Below, piece by piece: positions 1 to 15,100 of a DNA stretch of 64,000 nt; within the stretch, counting starts at the first letter, position 1; each line of letters opens with the position of its first letter. Source of the stretch: Oikopleura dioica (lineage: Eukaryota > Animalia > Chordata); the NCBI GenBank assembly GCA_907165135.1, contig OU015566.1, positions 11,594,001-11,658,000 on the forward strand, given 5' to 3'. A program made the position numbers and the translations under genes. Below the pieces are notes generated by a model. It did no database searches. It was given only the letters and a program-made list of their open reading frames with translations, and was not told where the DNA came from.

Positions 1-187
1 CATAACTTGAGCGCGCGTAGTAGTCTTCGATGCTCCCGGGCGCCCTCGAAATATCTGCAAACTTGTGGGAAGTAGTGGCAGCGCGATCGACCGAAATCGA
101 GATTTCAGGAAACAACAATTGAACCTAACTAGAAACCGAAAAAACCGTTAACAAGAGAAAACAAATATAAATAGAGATTTACCGAAG

Positions 188-3100
188 ATGTTTGACGAAG
201 ACACGCTGAATACAGGAACGTGATAGAATTTGAATAAATGGTAATTTATTATTCTAAAAGTATTTGCTTTCATTATCAAAATGAATAATCAGAAAATGCT
301 TGTGTTGCATCACGAGTTTTAAATAATCATTTCTTCGGTGATAATTAATTTTAGCGTAACTATAGACAAGGGCGTGTTCTGATTCCGCGTCCTGAAATGT
401 TACTATATCAATCATCCCTTTCATCGTCACGTGCAATTTAATTATCGATCATTTGTTGAGTAAAGAGCCATTTATTTCGATACGTTCTTTCGATTTTTTT
501 AGTATCTTCTTCGATTACCTGAAATATCGGAAATCAACATGTAGATTTCGGAGAGATTTCTTATGGTTTCTTTTTAAGAACCCTATTGGGTTAATATCAT
601 ATTCAGAATATTAGCTATATTGAATGAAAAAGTATGAAATTATTAAAAATAGATAGAAAATACTCTTAAAAAGAGGACTTTTGTCAGATCACGTGACAGG
701 CCTTGGGCTGTTCCCCTCGCCCGACAATTTACAAAAAGTGAACATCGTCATGGTCGGTGACCAAGGAGCTGGCAAGACCAACATGCTCGTTTCCTACTGT
801 AATAACGAGTATCCGGCCGAATACAAGCCGACCGTGCACGACTACTACACAGGTACTTGATCATCACATAACGCCGTGACATCAACAGGACATGCAGACA
901 CAGATTTGCAGTAAAATAAAAACCGTTTTCTAAAAGGATAAAATTGATAAAAAAGAGAAGGAGATCGCTGTATATTTTATTATATTCTGTAAGAAACGAC
1001 AATGAAACATTGTACAATCAGAATTACACAAAAAACAAGCAGGCTGCAGAAAAAGCTGGTGATACTTATGTCAGCCTGACAGACAGCAGAGCTTGTAAGA
1101 CCCCCTGTAAGTTCTTTGTTGGTTAGGGTCGCGAAAAGTTGTCGTAAAACCGATATGAAATCTTTCATTCATGCTTTTTTCTGCCAATTTATCGCCAAAA
1201 ATCGCCTGAAATGAAACTCAATGTGTTAGTTAAGCTATTGAATCAAAACCTTCCGCCACCAACAAATAGACCTTTATCTTTCCCCAGCTCAAATATCTGA
1301 GCCTCTAAACGCCCATTCTTGACAAGCAAAATTGACAGTCATAAAACTGTCATTTCAACTTCTAGGAATTGGGCCAAGGGTTGCTGCTTTTGGACATGAA
1401 TTATAAATTTGAGAGGAACAGGCCGCTTTCTTACGAGCTCGTAAAAAAGACATTAAACATGCACTATTGACTAGCTTTAGAAAAAATCCACGAATTCTCT
1501 CCCCTTTCTGATAATCCTCGTTCTAGGCCTCTAAAGTTTTTACATTATCTACTGGCCGCAAAATCAGATCGCAAACACGCTCTATATTCTCTTCTGAAAT
1601 GCTCGAAACGAATGTTGAACGTGGTGGAAAATACCACTTTGAGGACGCGTCACAACATTTTTTAACATATAATAGGTTCAAAGATTTTCCCAGGGCCGTA
1701 TTTTCCGGGTTTCATTAGAAACTCTAAAATCGAAATTGAGACAAAAATTCATCGATTAAAAAATATCGAAATATTATCTTCAAATACTCATTGCGCGAAT
1801 AAGAGGGAAAAGAAGGATTGATCATAAATCAACGCAATATTTTATGAGATAAAATCAACGGTAGCTGTTTAATTCCTTCTAAAATCTTTGTCCACCTGTT
1901 CCTTTTTGGAATAATCTTTTTGAGTTCTTCCTTTTTTCTGCGTCGAAAAGTTTACTTTATAACTAAACCAGTCTATAAATATCACTACACCGTTTTCTCA
2001 CCATCTTTCCAATGCAAGAAAAGATTCATTATGTCACTTCTTTTCTTCAATTTTTCCAAAAAACATGCCTTATTGAACTTTTCTTTCTATTTAATTATTA
2101 AGAATTAAATTGTCAGCAAACCTGGATCTGACGTTTTTGGACGCAATAAGTCGGCTTTTTTGGAAAGCTGCGGCTTGTTGTTGAAATCCAACAAGTGCTT
2201 TTGGTCGGAACCGGAGGAAATTCCGAAGCTTTTGAATAAATAGCTTATTTTGCATCTTTTAGGCGTAGAAGAGGGAGATACATTTGTTGACTCAGAGTCT
2301 GCCACTGGTATTTTCCATTTCTAAATCAAATATTTTGAGCAGCTTTTCTGGCACTCATGATATGAGCTGGTGAGCGTGGTAATAACATATCAATAACGCG
2401 CGGTGCAAGTAGGGTTCTCAAAACTTTGGTCGCCGCGAAGGGCATTATCATTTCATAATTACGGCACCGTAAACTAGCTACCGTAAAGTAGCCTCAGTTT
2501 GAAAATGAAGTTGCGTAGATAAACTTGCGAGGAGATTATTATGACATCATGTGGAAATTACTAACTTCGGTTCACAGCTTTGAAGCTGATAGATGCTCAA
2601 GCTCTAGAATTTTCAAAAAACCTGCATTTTCGCGTGAATAATGCTCTTGAACATCAACCACTAAATATTCTTCCACGGAAAGTGGCTTTATCCGATCCCT
2701 TCCACCGTGCCATCCATTTTATGCGCTACTATCAAAAACGCTAAAATTTCCACGGCAGGGCATTATCTGTCTCCTGTCACTTATTCACCTGGCGCTCACC
2801 ACGTGACCTGTTCAACAGAATAGTACTAGAATAGAGCTGACAGAGCTTCTTTTTTTCCTGACACTGTCAGTCTGACAGGCATGGAATTTCCGATGTCTGC
2901 GTTTCGTTGAAACACAACTCAAGTCGGCTTTTCCGGCCCCCGCGGCGAGAATGGGTTAAAAAAATTTAACCTCTCAAAAGTCATTTTTCAGGAAAATGTT
3001 TGCCGGATCATATTTGAATGATGGTTCGATTCAAAATAAGCTTTTGGATATTTTTAAATAATTTTGAATCACGTCTGTTCCTAAAAATAGCGCTTTCGCT

Positions 3101-6100
3101 CACTGTTTTCGAATAACGCCGTGTTTAAACCAAATGAGTAACATTACGCCAAATTACCGGATTTACTTCAATGGCGGCTCTCGACGCGTTAACGTGCTCT
3201 TCTTCAATTTCCACGAAGCTTTGGCCCCTTCCCTAATCCCACACAGCCGGCGTGAACCCTCTTTCCATTCTCGAGATCGAGAGGCCTGACGTAAGCGGCC
3301 TTCAAAAAGCCCTCGTAAGAAATTGTCGCACCTGGGATCGTCCTCAAAAGCTCGAGCCTTGATCGTCTAAATATTTGACGCGGACAGGGTTCAATTTTCA
3401 GTAAAGAACGCAGACAATGAGATTTTGGTTTTGAAAATTTTCGAAGAAAAAAATTTTCGTCAACTTTTCTGAAAATTTTCATCACGAAAGTACAGAGGGT
3501 GCTCATTTTCGACCGGTTTTTATATGAAGCAAAATTCTTGAAATCGTTATCTTCTGAGTCTTAAAATTTGTACCTTCAGCGACTGTTATTTTCTTTGACA
3601 AAAAAAAACAGCTTTGTTTTCACCTAACAGTTTCGCTTGTGCCTTGACCCTTATCCTGACCCTTACCATCATCCTTATGTTCTTAGTTATCTCGTAACCA
3701 AATCAATCTCTTGAATTCGGGAAACCTTTCTCCGCAGTATGTAACGACATATTATTTGCTCTTTATCCGGAAGTCTACTTATCCCTTCTCTTTTAAGGAT
3801 ATAAGCTATGAATTTGAACTTTCGTAGCGCCTAAATGCGACGTAGGATCATTTTCATTTCAAAAGCAGTCCTACCTGAATTGGACGTAGAACTCAAATCT
3901 GGAATTTTTGAAAAAAATCTTATGGAAAATTTTCTCTCTAGAGCGATTTCAAATCTTACGCTCTCGATTGCTCGAATTTTTTCCATTGAATCGCTAAAAC
4001 TAAACCGTGTCTTTTATTTTGATGATGTTAAGCTAGAAAATTGACGGGCTCTTATTTCCAAACTCTCTCAAATTATCATTCTAGCGTTTTCCTCTTTCTT
4101 GATCGAGTTTTTCTCCTTTTTGTGCTTTTTTGCGTGCAACCAATCAAAGCGCTCCGCTCAACCGCGCCACTCTCACGGAAAAGAGGAGTTGAGAGAGCGA
4201 GCGCCCAGCGCGTCGCTTTTTACACTATTCACGCGCTGGGTAAGCCTCATGGAAATGGCTCTAAAATCGGTTTCGGTCGGAATTAGGCAAAACTGATCCG
4301 TCAATTTTATAGATAAGGGTTAAGAGAAGTTATTTATCGAAAAAACTCGACCGATTTAGTGTAAAAATTTCGAGCAATCGAGATCGTAAGATTTGAAATC
4401 GCTCTAGAGAGAAAATTTTCCATAAGATTTTTTTCAAAAATTCCAGATTTGAGTTCTACGTGCAATTTTAGGTAGGACTGCTTTTGAAATGAAAATGATC
4501 CTACGTCGCATTTAGGCGCTACGAAAGTTCAAATTCATAGCTTATATCCCTAAATTCATAGCTCATGCCCCTACAAGTGTCTACAGGGAAAGATAAGGGT
4601 TCAGCAATTGTGAATTGAGTGTATACACAACTGATAGACAAAAAAGAAACAGAAAACTCGTCCCTGCTTTTTCTCAAATTGCGGTGTGTACTTTTTGGAT
4701 AAACGAAACCCCCGACGCTTTCTAAAACCGCGAATGAGCTCAACCCCCTTAACCGCTGGACGCTAAACTAAGCCACCGAAATCCCTGAACTTTTATTCAA
4801 ATTCGTAATGATTCGACTGGCCAAACAGCGGCATGAGAGAAATTGAACATGCGATAATGTAATCTAACCATGTTCAGCTCAGCTGGAAAACTCTGGAGGC
4901 AGTTAGACTTTCTCAAGATGAGGCTATCTAGATGTTTGGAAAGAGGGTTCCGATTCTGATAACTGTCTGATTTGGCGCAACAGCAATTAAACCCTTGCAA
5001 AAACTCTTGTTCAAAGAACGTGTACAGCTGTGTTTTTGTCCATGTCCTTTCTGCTAAATTAAAAGTGCAAAGTAGCAATGTCGCATATTTTTACTCCCCA
5101 CAAGATTCCTTGAGGGTTAATTTTGCGTCATCAAAGAGTTGTTCCACGGAAAAGAAGAGTTCTTCTCCGTACGTGTTAAGATTTTTTTCGAATAAACGAA
5201 GAGCGTGTTTATACTACAGACTGGAACGAAAGGGTTTCTAATGCTCTGTTGAGTATACAGACAGAATTTGGCGCAGAAAGCGCGGTACTTTGCTCAACAA
5301 TGAATTTTAGAGACTAAGAATGACTTCGCTTTTTTAAGGTATAAATTCTTGAGCCACCAAATCTTGGCTGATTTCTCTTCAGAGAACTCCCTCTTTTTCC
5401 TTGTTGGCCACCGTCTTATCTGTGTGACTATTCCGTGATATGAGCCTGAGTCGCCAAAATTGCACCCTGGTTTATTGCCGGAAAGATAGCTCGATAAGCT
5501 GCTACTTCTCGGAAGTGATAGACGCTTGACCAGGGGTTCGCGCCGCCCTTAACACCAACCCCTAATCAACTCTTCTACTAATCTCGAGTCTAAACAATCT
5601 CCAACCTCCGCTTGGTTGTTTTCGTTCAATCTAATGAAGAAGATGCGGTTTTGTGCGGTCAGTGGTCAGCTCAGATTTTCTAGCTCCCGCTTCTCCTTCT
5701 GTTCCGCAGAAAACGTAGTGAACGCAGCACGTGACAGCTCCGCAAAATTGAGATTTGTTCATAAGAAAAACGAAAAGAAAGCGGAAGCAACGTAGAGAAC
5801 ATCATGCATAATTATGGAAAGGGCGAAAGCGACGATTACATGCTTTGAAAAAGGGTTAACATTTTTTTCGCCTTCAAAGGTGGATTGACCGCACTAGCGC
5901 GAAAGAGTGCGTAGAAGCAGTCAAAAATTTTGTAGCGTCAAACAAGGTCTTCAAATTTTTGGCCAATCAAAAAGCTTCTTTGGGCCTTCTATCCAATCAT
6001 CGTTCAAATAGCCCTTAATAAGTTCTCCTGAAAAAACGCTCCTGAATAAACGGATGATAAATGGACAAAAACGAGCGTTTCGGTTGGAAGATCTGATTGT

Positions 6101-9100
6101 CTTTCGTCTAAAGTCTTTTTGCACGTTTCTATGATCCAATCTTTTCATATAAAAATTCGATCCAATTTCCCTTTGGTCGAGAGATTACGTGTTTCGATCA
6201 TTCCAAGTAACGCGCCGGGCCAATCCGCACAATCGCCGTTTGAAATGAACCACACTTGTTTGGAAGTTTATTTAACGGCCAACCGGTTAGAGGGTCGCTA
6301 ATCCGACAGCTTTTCGCTTTATGCAACGCCGGACCGAACAAAAAGAGCTCAGACTCGTCAGCGGCAGGCCGGTTTATCTCCACTTCCAGGGTTTCGGTTC
6401 TTGCGAAAAAGATCAGCAAAACAAATCTCCAATAAAAATGAAGCTTGTTTCTTCCCAAGACATTTCGTCAATTACGTGTCTTTCCGTTTCTGCCCCGAGT
6501 TCAACTTGAGAGCATCGCGTAAAACATGCATTTTAATAAGTTTTTCGCTCAATTGAAAATTGAAATTTGCTGACCCGTCAAGTTATGAAGACAAACCACG
6601 CCCCTGAATGCTTCTCCCGTCATCCAACTGGACAAAAGTTGTATTCAAAATACTTAAGAATCGCACGGTAAATACGGGGTTATATAAACGGATCGAAAGG
6701 TGGTTATTTCGAGGGTATGTTCTAAAAGCCCTCGAATTCACGTGACGCAGGGGCTTGAGCAAATATATAATCGCGTAACCCCCCGGAACTAGAAACCAAA
6801 ACCTACTGATACGAATCTAATCCACTAACTGAACTCGTGTTTTCAAGTTTGCAAGTTCGTAATACAACTTTTGAAAAACGGGCACAACTTGAAATATTCA
6901 TGTTTTCTTGGAGAATGATTAGGAATGTTGACATCGATAATCTGATCATCAAGGAGTCTTCTTTCACAGAGCATATTATGATCTGAAAAATAAGGGTTTC
7001 ACTTTGAAAACTCAAATTTACAATATTGCTTTCGATGACTTCCGCTTTTATTATCCTCCCTGAGCTACGTTTGTTTCAAAGGGGACGTGTAATCAAGTCG
7101 CTAGCTAAGACTTCCTGAGATCTAAAAATCCAGCTCAATATCTTATGTCTTCTCTTTTTTATGCATGATCTGGCGGATTAGATCCGCAGTTTCGAAAATT
7201 TCGATCTTTTGTGGCCGCAAATCTGTATTTTCGCTATAACAACTTCTTCGTTTTGAATTACGCCCTTGCTGTTTACGTAACAACTCTATTTTCCGCACAG
7301 TACTCAATTTTCTTTCTTAACCATCTCTCGGGAAAAACTGTCACGGAAAAGCGGATTTTGTGGATCTGCGTAATTACGCGCCTAACTTGTTAAGTTGTAT
7401 AAAGCAACGTGCCGAGACGACGTAAAAATATGCGCAGCTGAAGTATCTCAGCTTTTTTGGTATTATCCAAAATTCACTAGATCATGTCACGTGACAGCGG
7501 AAGGAGAATAGCAAGGGATTTGTCATGTGAGAAATTTTAGGAGGAATGTCTCAGAATATTTCTGACGCAATATGCAAATCTAAGACATTCGAATAAATTC
7601 GAGAATTTGAGCCAATCAGAGGTGAGATGAGCCAACAAAAGCGCCCTCCATCGATCAAAATTATCGGAATTATGATTAAATTGCTCATCAAGTAAATCAA
7701 TCATCAGCATCCTTTTTCTGGCTATTCATCTTCTGACCATAACTAAATGCATTTCAATGAACACGTCAAGATACCAGTGACCGGAATTGGTGCCGTAATC
7801 CACTCGGAAGCGTCCTTTCTTGCTATAAAGGTCAGAAGAAAAGTGATCCGATTTCTGGTTCGATCAAGGCGCTGCCGATTCCGCCAGTGGCTTCTTCTGT
7901 TCTTTTGAGCGCCTTTTCGGGAACAAACCGCTACGAAGGGTTTGGACACCTCTAGGTTACATAAAATGGAGGCAAAAATAAGATACAGTAAAAAGAAGCT
8001 GCTAGTCTTGAAATAACCCTCATGTGTAAAAAAGACCACGTTCCAAATCAAAAGCCATTTTGGTTCGAACATATGTGTTCGATTTTTTTCCCAAAGGTCG
8101 GTGAATCTTTCTTGCGGTTTGAGATTCAGCATGGAACGTGCCCCTGCGCATACGATGTTCCCTCAACTCGCCAACTAGTCTGAAAGCTGAAAAAATTGCG
8201 TGTAATTTTGATGAATGAATTTCAGAGCCACCTTGAACCTCCAGCTGAAGTTCTTTGTTCACAAAGAGCTCATGCCATTTCTCATAAAAAACGGATAAAT
8301 TATAGAAATCAAATTTTCATCCGATAGATGGCGCTTTGTCCTCGCAAACGATATTCTGATTGGTTGAGAAAGATATTTGAACAAATCTTGAACTGAAATT
8401 GCCCTCGTGAATTTCAAAAAGCTGCCGCGTTTTCTCAAGTCTTTTTAAGGGGTTCAAAACACAGCCGCCCTCAACTCATTCGATAATATTGTTTTGACCC
8501 TCGGTTGAAATCTCAATTGGCCAATATTCCCGCTGTGGTTGATTCTGCGGCATTTTGAGCTTCTCTTTCCACCACGTGTAACTACCGAAACATCTTTCGA
8601 AACTTCCTCTGACGTAATTTTTCCTTGTTCTTCTGTCTGTAGCAGTTCCATCCATCAAGGTTTTCTGGCCGCACGCATCCGCCAATTTGGCGATTTTTTG
8701 AAGGCTTCGCTCAATTTAAATTGTCGTCATTGTAACAAGTACCGTTACGAATTCTGGGTAGATTATTTTCCGGGGCTGGTTCCGTTGGTTTTTGGAACAC
8801 GAGATATTTGTTTTTATCTAGGATGATAATCAAAAGATATTTTTCTCTCCGGTCTATTCTCAGAAGTAAAAGCATGAACAGAATTATAAACTCTTGAGAC
8901 CAAACTCAACCACTCAATTTTCAAAGTCAAGAGCTTCACTTTTCCACTCAAAAAAGAATTTGTAAAAATAGACGTGTACTTCCTTCCATTTAACCTGTCA
9001 AATTCAGGAGAAGCCGTTCATTTGAGCCTTCTCTAAGAACACAAAGCTGTGAAAAAAATGCTCTAAAGAGTCTAAAGATTTCGATAATTTCTCCAATAAT

Positions 9101-12100
9101 CGGTCGAAAACACGATTTATACTCTAAGATGGATGTGTCTATGAGAGGGTTCAACTCAAAACGAAACGTGGCTTCTTATTTTAGAATAAATGGCCGTTTA
9201 AAATGCTCCTTCTGAATACGGGAACGGATATCTCCGCTCAGTAGAATCGGAGACTTTGCTTCCGCATTACGTTCTCAGAACGGAAAAATAAGTTTACTCT
9301 GAATTCTGGCTTTTGGTTTTTTGAAAAATATTAATGATCTAAAACGGGGTCTTGCTTTGATCCCCGCTGACTTTCGAGAAAATGCCCTTTCGTTTAACAA
9401 AAAAGGATGAAATTCGAATTTTCCCCACACGCGAAAATTTCCTTCTGTGGCGCAAAAATCTCCACGCTCGCTGAATTTGCCATTTGCGTTGACGTCAGAG
9501 TCCCGTTTTTCGTGTGTGAGTGTGTTCGTTGGGAGCCTTTTCGGAGTTGTAAAAATTCGCGAAAATTCCGCAAGCTCATCTTGAACAGGTGTTTGAGTCA
9601 GACTCGCAACGAAATGCGCGAATGCCGCTGTTTTGTTTGACTATGACATACTGAGCGCAGTAGAGTTGTAGAAGGTTTCTTACGGAATTTTAAGTTACAG
9701 TAAAGCATCCTTATATGAAACTCTTGAAACCAACCAATAAGAATTATGATGGCGCTGTTGAACTCTTATCCAATCAAAATGTTCGTTTTATCGACATTTA
9801 TTTGGTCAAAAGTAATGATGAAAAACTGAATTCAATAAGTCGACAAGCTCGGTTTTTTTTCAGTCAGATACTGTCATCAATTTCCTGACCATTCTCCATG
9901 GTACCGTAAAACTTTTGTTAACCCTCTTAACTTTTTCTTGAAAAAACCTGTGCCCGGCCATAATCTGCTCATTCCTCAGTTAGAACATTTCTGCGGTAGT
10001 TGCTGCTATTTTGCCCAGCGAACCAGCAATTTCCTTCTTTCTCGACATCTGTGCTATTTCCGCCGATTGAGTTATTTTTTCCTCGATCAACTTCACTTTT
10101 GTTCAACTTAGAACGAATAATGTATTTAACCAGCACGTGCTCTATTTTGTGCCGTTTTTGGCGTTATTTGATTTTAACCCGTGCGCGCGTGGCAGCGCTT
10201 AGAAATGAAGCTCCATTGTAAGTTCAAAAAGGTGCCAAATTGGTTTTAACTCACTCGAGAGTCTCTCGAGAGAGCACGTGGGTTAAGGACATTGCTTCGA
10301 GTAGCGTAGATGCTCGAGAATAAGGGGAAGGTTCGCGGCGATATTGGATTTATCGACCGCGCGATTGAGATTATCGCCACCACTGGTGTATAAATGTGTC
10401 TTTTTGTTGTCACATCGGCCGGCGCGATGAGTTAGGTCTTGATAGGATTCACAAATCTTAGTTAAATTTACGAAGTATATCATAATTCTATCGAATTGTC
10501 AAGAATAATGAAAACTTGAGTTCGATGAACAAACTAGAGTTTTATGGCGTCTACTTTTGTCAACTTTGTTCGTCTCTTTTTCTTCATTCAGGAATTTTCT
10601 TCGCGGAAACGTTCCCTAAGACCTTCGTGAATTCTCCTCGGCCCTAGAATTCTGAGCAAATTAGACATGCGCTCTTCAATTCAACGAACCTTTAAACCCT
10701 GCTTCTCCCATAATTACTGATTCATCATAATTGACCCAGCTCATAATTAACCTCTTAATTAACTAAGAAGAATTTTCAGTTTTCTATTCTTATTTTAATT
10801 TCTACAAGTGTCCAAATATTATTAGTATTTATATCAACTTGTTCGATATGGTCGTCTTTAAACCGCAGGACATAATACCGTAAACCTTTTGGATAATATT
10901 TTGCCTCGGAAAAAGGAGCAATCTCGCGCTTGTAATTGAACAGGAGGCTAATTACTAGTTGTAGACCAAAATGTTTTAAATGAAAGTCTAACGGAACAGG
11001 CTTTTTCATTGCTACTTTCTCCGACTCAAAACAAGAAGTATAACTTTATACCGGTGTAGCAATGTTTGGTACTCACACAAGCGTTTTTGTATAATAAAAA
11101 AATCCCTGGAATTTCATTTTTTCAAATATTTAGTCAAACAGAAAATGTCAAAAGGGGGCAATTTTGTGTTCAAAGCGGTATACGTGTGAAAAAAGGTTAA
11201 TTTGTAAATTGCAAATTGAAAAATTTGATAATTTGTTTTGCAAATTTCAGTTTTTGCAAGATTTGATATAAGCTGCTCGGGCGTTATTTACGTAAATAAT
11301 CAATTTTCGCGCATTAATTATTTTAGCTCAACATATCTACTTAGTTTGTAGTTGCATGTACGTGGCTCCCCTCCCTCTTGACCTCAGCATGGTACATTGC
11401 ATGATCCTTACTTTACAAGCAGAATTTTAAATTGCATTTTTCATTATCACAAAGGTCTTCTCAGGGCAGAAAAGCGCTCTTCATAAAAAACGCACTTTGC
11501 TCAAACTTTGCTCTAACAATTTGTATTCAGTTCGACTTGGAGTTGAGGGGCGACAAACTTCGGTACAGCTCATCGATACTGCTGGCAAGGTAATCAACGG
11601 ACAGGAGAAATATTTTGTCAATGACCCTGGAGGCCTTTTTAGAAAGTAGTTTAGTAACCGTGATAATAAACTATCCATGTAACAACACGTTTTCAGGGAT
11701 ATCATTTTGCAAAGTTATACCCAAAATTGCGTCTTATCAGCTTGACCAAATCGGTCAGCTCTCCTGCCGAGATTGGGTCTCTCTTATCACTTTTCATTCG
11801 AAATTTTGAAACAAAGAAATATGATATTTCAAATATTTTTTTAGATCAAAATAATTTAAATTTTGAAGAAAAAAATATGAATCATCAAAATCATTCGAAT
11901 CTTTGATGATTTCAAAAAAAATTTCGCGGGCCTGGAAATCTTCAAAAAACTTCTTGTCTAGTTTTGAAGAGCTCGTCGAGACGAGTCGAATAATATACAA
12001 AACTCCAGATAGTTTTAAGATTTTCTGCCAAAAAAAGTGATAAGAAGGTGTCTTATCAAAAATTTTCTGACCGGCGCCGTTTTTGTTCTAGAAAAGCTGA

Positions 12101-15100
12101 CGTGATGCTTGACCCCGGAAAATGATCCTCATGGGCTGTTCTATTCCGGCAAAAAATTTCAGCTCGTCATCATTTACCCAGCCGAGTTTATCGTAAAATT
12201 TCATTTTCCAAGGAAAATGGGACTGTAAATGGGCCGGAAACTAGGAACGTGCAGCGACAACAAAATGCACTATTTTTTTGATTTTTCGCTGATAAGCACA
12301 GCAGGATATGTGAGGACGAGCTGAAATTTTTTGCCGGAATAGACCAGACCATGAGGATTATTTTCCGGGGTCAAGCATCACCTCAGCTTTTCTAGAACAA
12401 AAACGGCGCCGGTCAGAAAATTTTTGATAAGACACCTTCTTATCACTTTTTTTGGCGGAAAATCTTAAAACTATCTAGAGTTTTATATATCATTCGACTC
12501 GTCTCGACGAGCTCTTCAAAACTAGACAATAAGTTTTTTGACGATTTCCGGGCCCGCGAAATTTTTTTTAAAATCATCTTTGAGCAAAAATATGAGGGCT
12601 TAGATAATCGACATTAGCAGGAAATACCGCGCGGTGAAAAAAAGTAATGATTTTCACCTGAAAATGTCTCCTTTTTTCACGTCCATGTCCCCCGCCGTCA
12701 CGTGTTCACCCGTTTCCATTTCCGTTCGAGTAAAACATGACACGAGATCACGTGTCAGATCCTGAGCTGGACAAGGAACTTCTGCTTAAAATTTTTCAAA
12801 TGCAGAGAAGTGTCATTTTCGACACGCTCGCGCCGGAAAAGAAGACGCGTTTTATGATAAACTTAACAATGATTCTTTAGCCCGAATTCGGACTCTTCAG
12901 AAGATTGAGCTATCCAGACGCGGAAGTGTTTTTGCTGTGCTTTGATGTCTGCGATCCGAGAGCGTTTGCCAGGGTTAGGGATTATTGGTTCATGGAGCTC
13001 AAGGATTATAAAAGAAAGGTAAGAATTTTTCTTCAGATTATAAAGGACCTTTTTGCATGTGCATATTTCATGACTTGAATTTATATTTGATAATCGTTTC
13101 TTTGAATGAGAAAAAATATAAACATGATTTTAAATTATTAATTTTAAGGGTTTCAAAAAACATTGCTCTAGAATTTTTTTAAGGAAAATAAAAAGCCCGA
13201 GGAAATTTCAAAAACGTGTGCTTTTTTTGCTATCTTTGTTTACAAGATTTTTTGCTAAGGTTAGGGCTTTTATCTTCCCATGCTTGTACGTTGGGTCTTC
13301 ATCCCTCTAAATCTCAAAAGACAGTTTCTGTGAAGTTAATCGGGTTAAAAAATGCGTGAACTTGGCGAGCCGTACAAGTGCTCTAAATATTTGCCCGGTC
13401 GGGTTCGTCTATTATGACTTTCGAAACGTGTAAGACATGCTCCCATGTAATCGGAAATTTTTGAAGAAGTGCGCTTAAGGATCCACCCGCTGGAAAAGGT
13501 ATCCGTTTTAATAAATGATCAGGGTAGAATAAAGAAGAAAAAAAGCATGAAAAAATACTTAAAACTTATCATTTGACTGCTTTTGGCAACAATTTATAAC
13601 AGTTATTGATGGCTTTGTTTCATTTACCTCTTTAGACTCCTGTAATTCTCGTCGGCACCCAAATCGACCGCCGCGGCGACTTCAACGAAATCGCCCGTCT
13701 CGGCCGCCAAAACCTCCGTCCGATCACAACTCAGCAAGGACAACAAATGGCCCGCAAAATACGCGCCAAAAAGGTAGGCAAATCGCATTTTCAAAGAAAA
13801 ACTTGATAAGAAAGAGCGGCTTCGAATGAGACATCATCGTCAACGTATAATTCCACCACTAATTGATTCCCAAGCTTCTGAAGGTCTAAAATGATTTTGC
13901 CTCTTCCGCTAAATGCATCATTTGTTTAGATTTTTAAGCAAGAAACTTTCTCTAAGGGAGCTTCAAAAAGTTCATGATCGGCATATTTTCTTCCGGAAGT
14001 TTCCATTTGCAACAAAATTAAAATCCCGCAACCGTTCGCGTGCCGTAAATGCTTTACTTCCATCATCCGATCTAATTTGCGAGCAACGGGCTTTAGACTA
14101 TTTCGCGTAAATATCTTCACCCCGCTTTTAGAGATCTTGCAATGTAGAACAGAGGCCGCCAAGAATTTCGTTCATTTTTCTTAAGTTTATGGCCACGTGA
14201 TTGTTATCACGAAACGTCAACAGTTCGTCATCTAGCGGGACCACTCTGAAAATAAGATAATATAAGGAGTTTTTCCTTGTCTTTCTTGTGAAAATTTGAA
14301 CAAGCCACGTTGCCTTGACTCAGAACGGCGCTTTTGAGTTTTCATGTTTCAGGCTTCTTATGACAAGAGTAACACAAAAAGCACGCTCTCTTACAAAATA
14401 GAGCAGCTTAGAATGTTATATTTCTAAGTTCCGTAACAGAGGAACTTAGGTGCCACTTAGGAAAAGCCTCTCAATATGCATAATGTGCACACATGCATTT
14501 CAATTACAGTCGCTTTATTTTCATGTTATTTTCATTTTGACTCACGTTTTCTCACATTTCTTGCATAAATATGTCTTTTTTACTAAAAAAATGATTTCCT
14601 AAAATTGAAGATTTGCCAATTCTAGCATTTTCTAAGACGGAGAATGACGACTCTTATAGATAATGACGTTTTTTTTCCAACAGACAATGATAAGTTTAAT
14701 CATTGAACGGGCACTAGACTGCTAGCAAGGCTTCTTGTTGATTCCATGAAAAGGAAAAAGTCTTAAGAAAATGATAAAAAAATTTTCCGGGCTTAAAATT
14801 CTCGATTTCAAAATTATAATTTTTGATTAACACGACTTTCATTTTCTTGAATTTTATTGGCTATAAGTTCGAAGTTTGAACCTTTTTAGAAAAAACGCGT
14901 ACATTTGATAACAATATTTTTAGTACATCGAATGTTCCGCTCTGACGAAAAAGAATCTGAAGAGCGTCTTTGATTCCGCCATTGTTGCCGGCCTGGACGA
15001 ACAACTAAAACTTCAAAAACGACTACATGCTTCCTCCAGGCTTAGTTTCGGGTCTAAAACCTTCACTTCACATTCTTGAACACGTGGCCTTTAGAAATCG

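Larger units (their letters stand above)
428..15086. promoter_or_regulatory. Cluster of CACGTG E-boxes across the Rho locus
   Basis: Manual count of 13 CACGTG (428, 690, 2800, 5728, 6739, 7488, 8573, 10134, 10275, 12699, 12749, 14194, 15081); 7 have the GTCACGTG/CACGTGAC form. Function not shown. Confidence 0.4.

Noticed and set aside
254-436. Minus-strand 60-aa ORF inside Rho intron 1
   Set aside because: GTG start, no supported upstream exon or homology; length within chance expectation.
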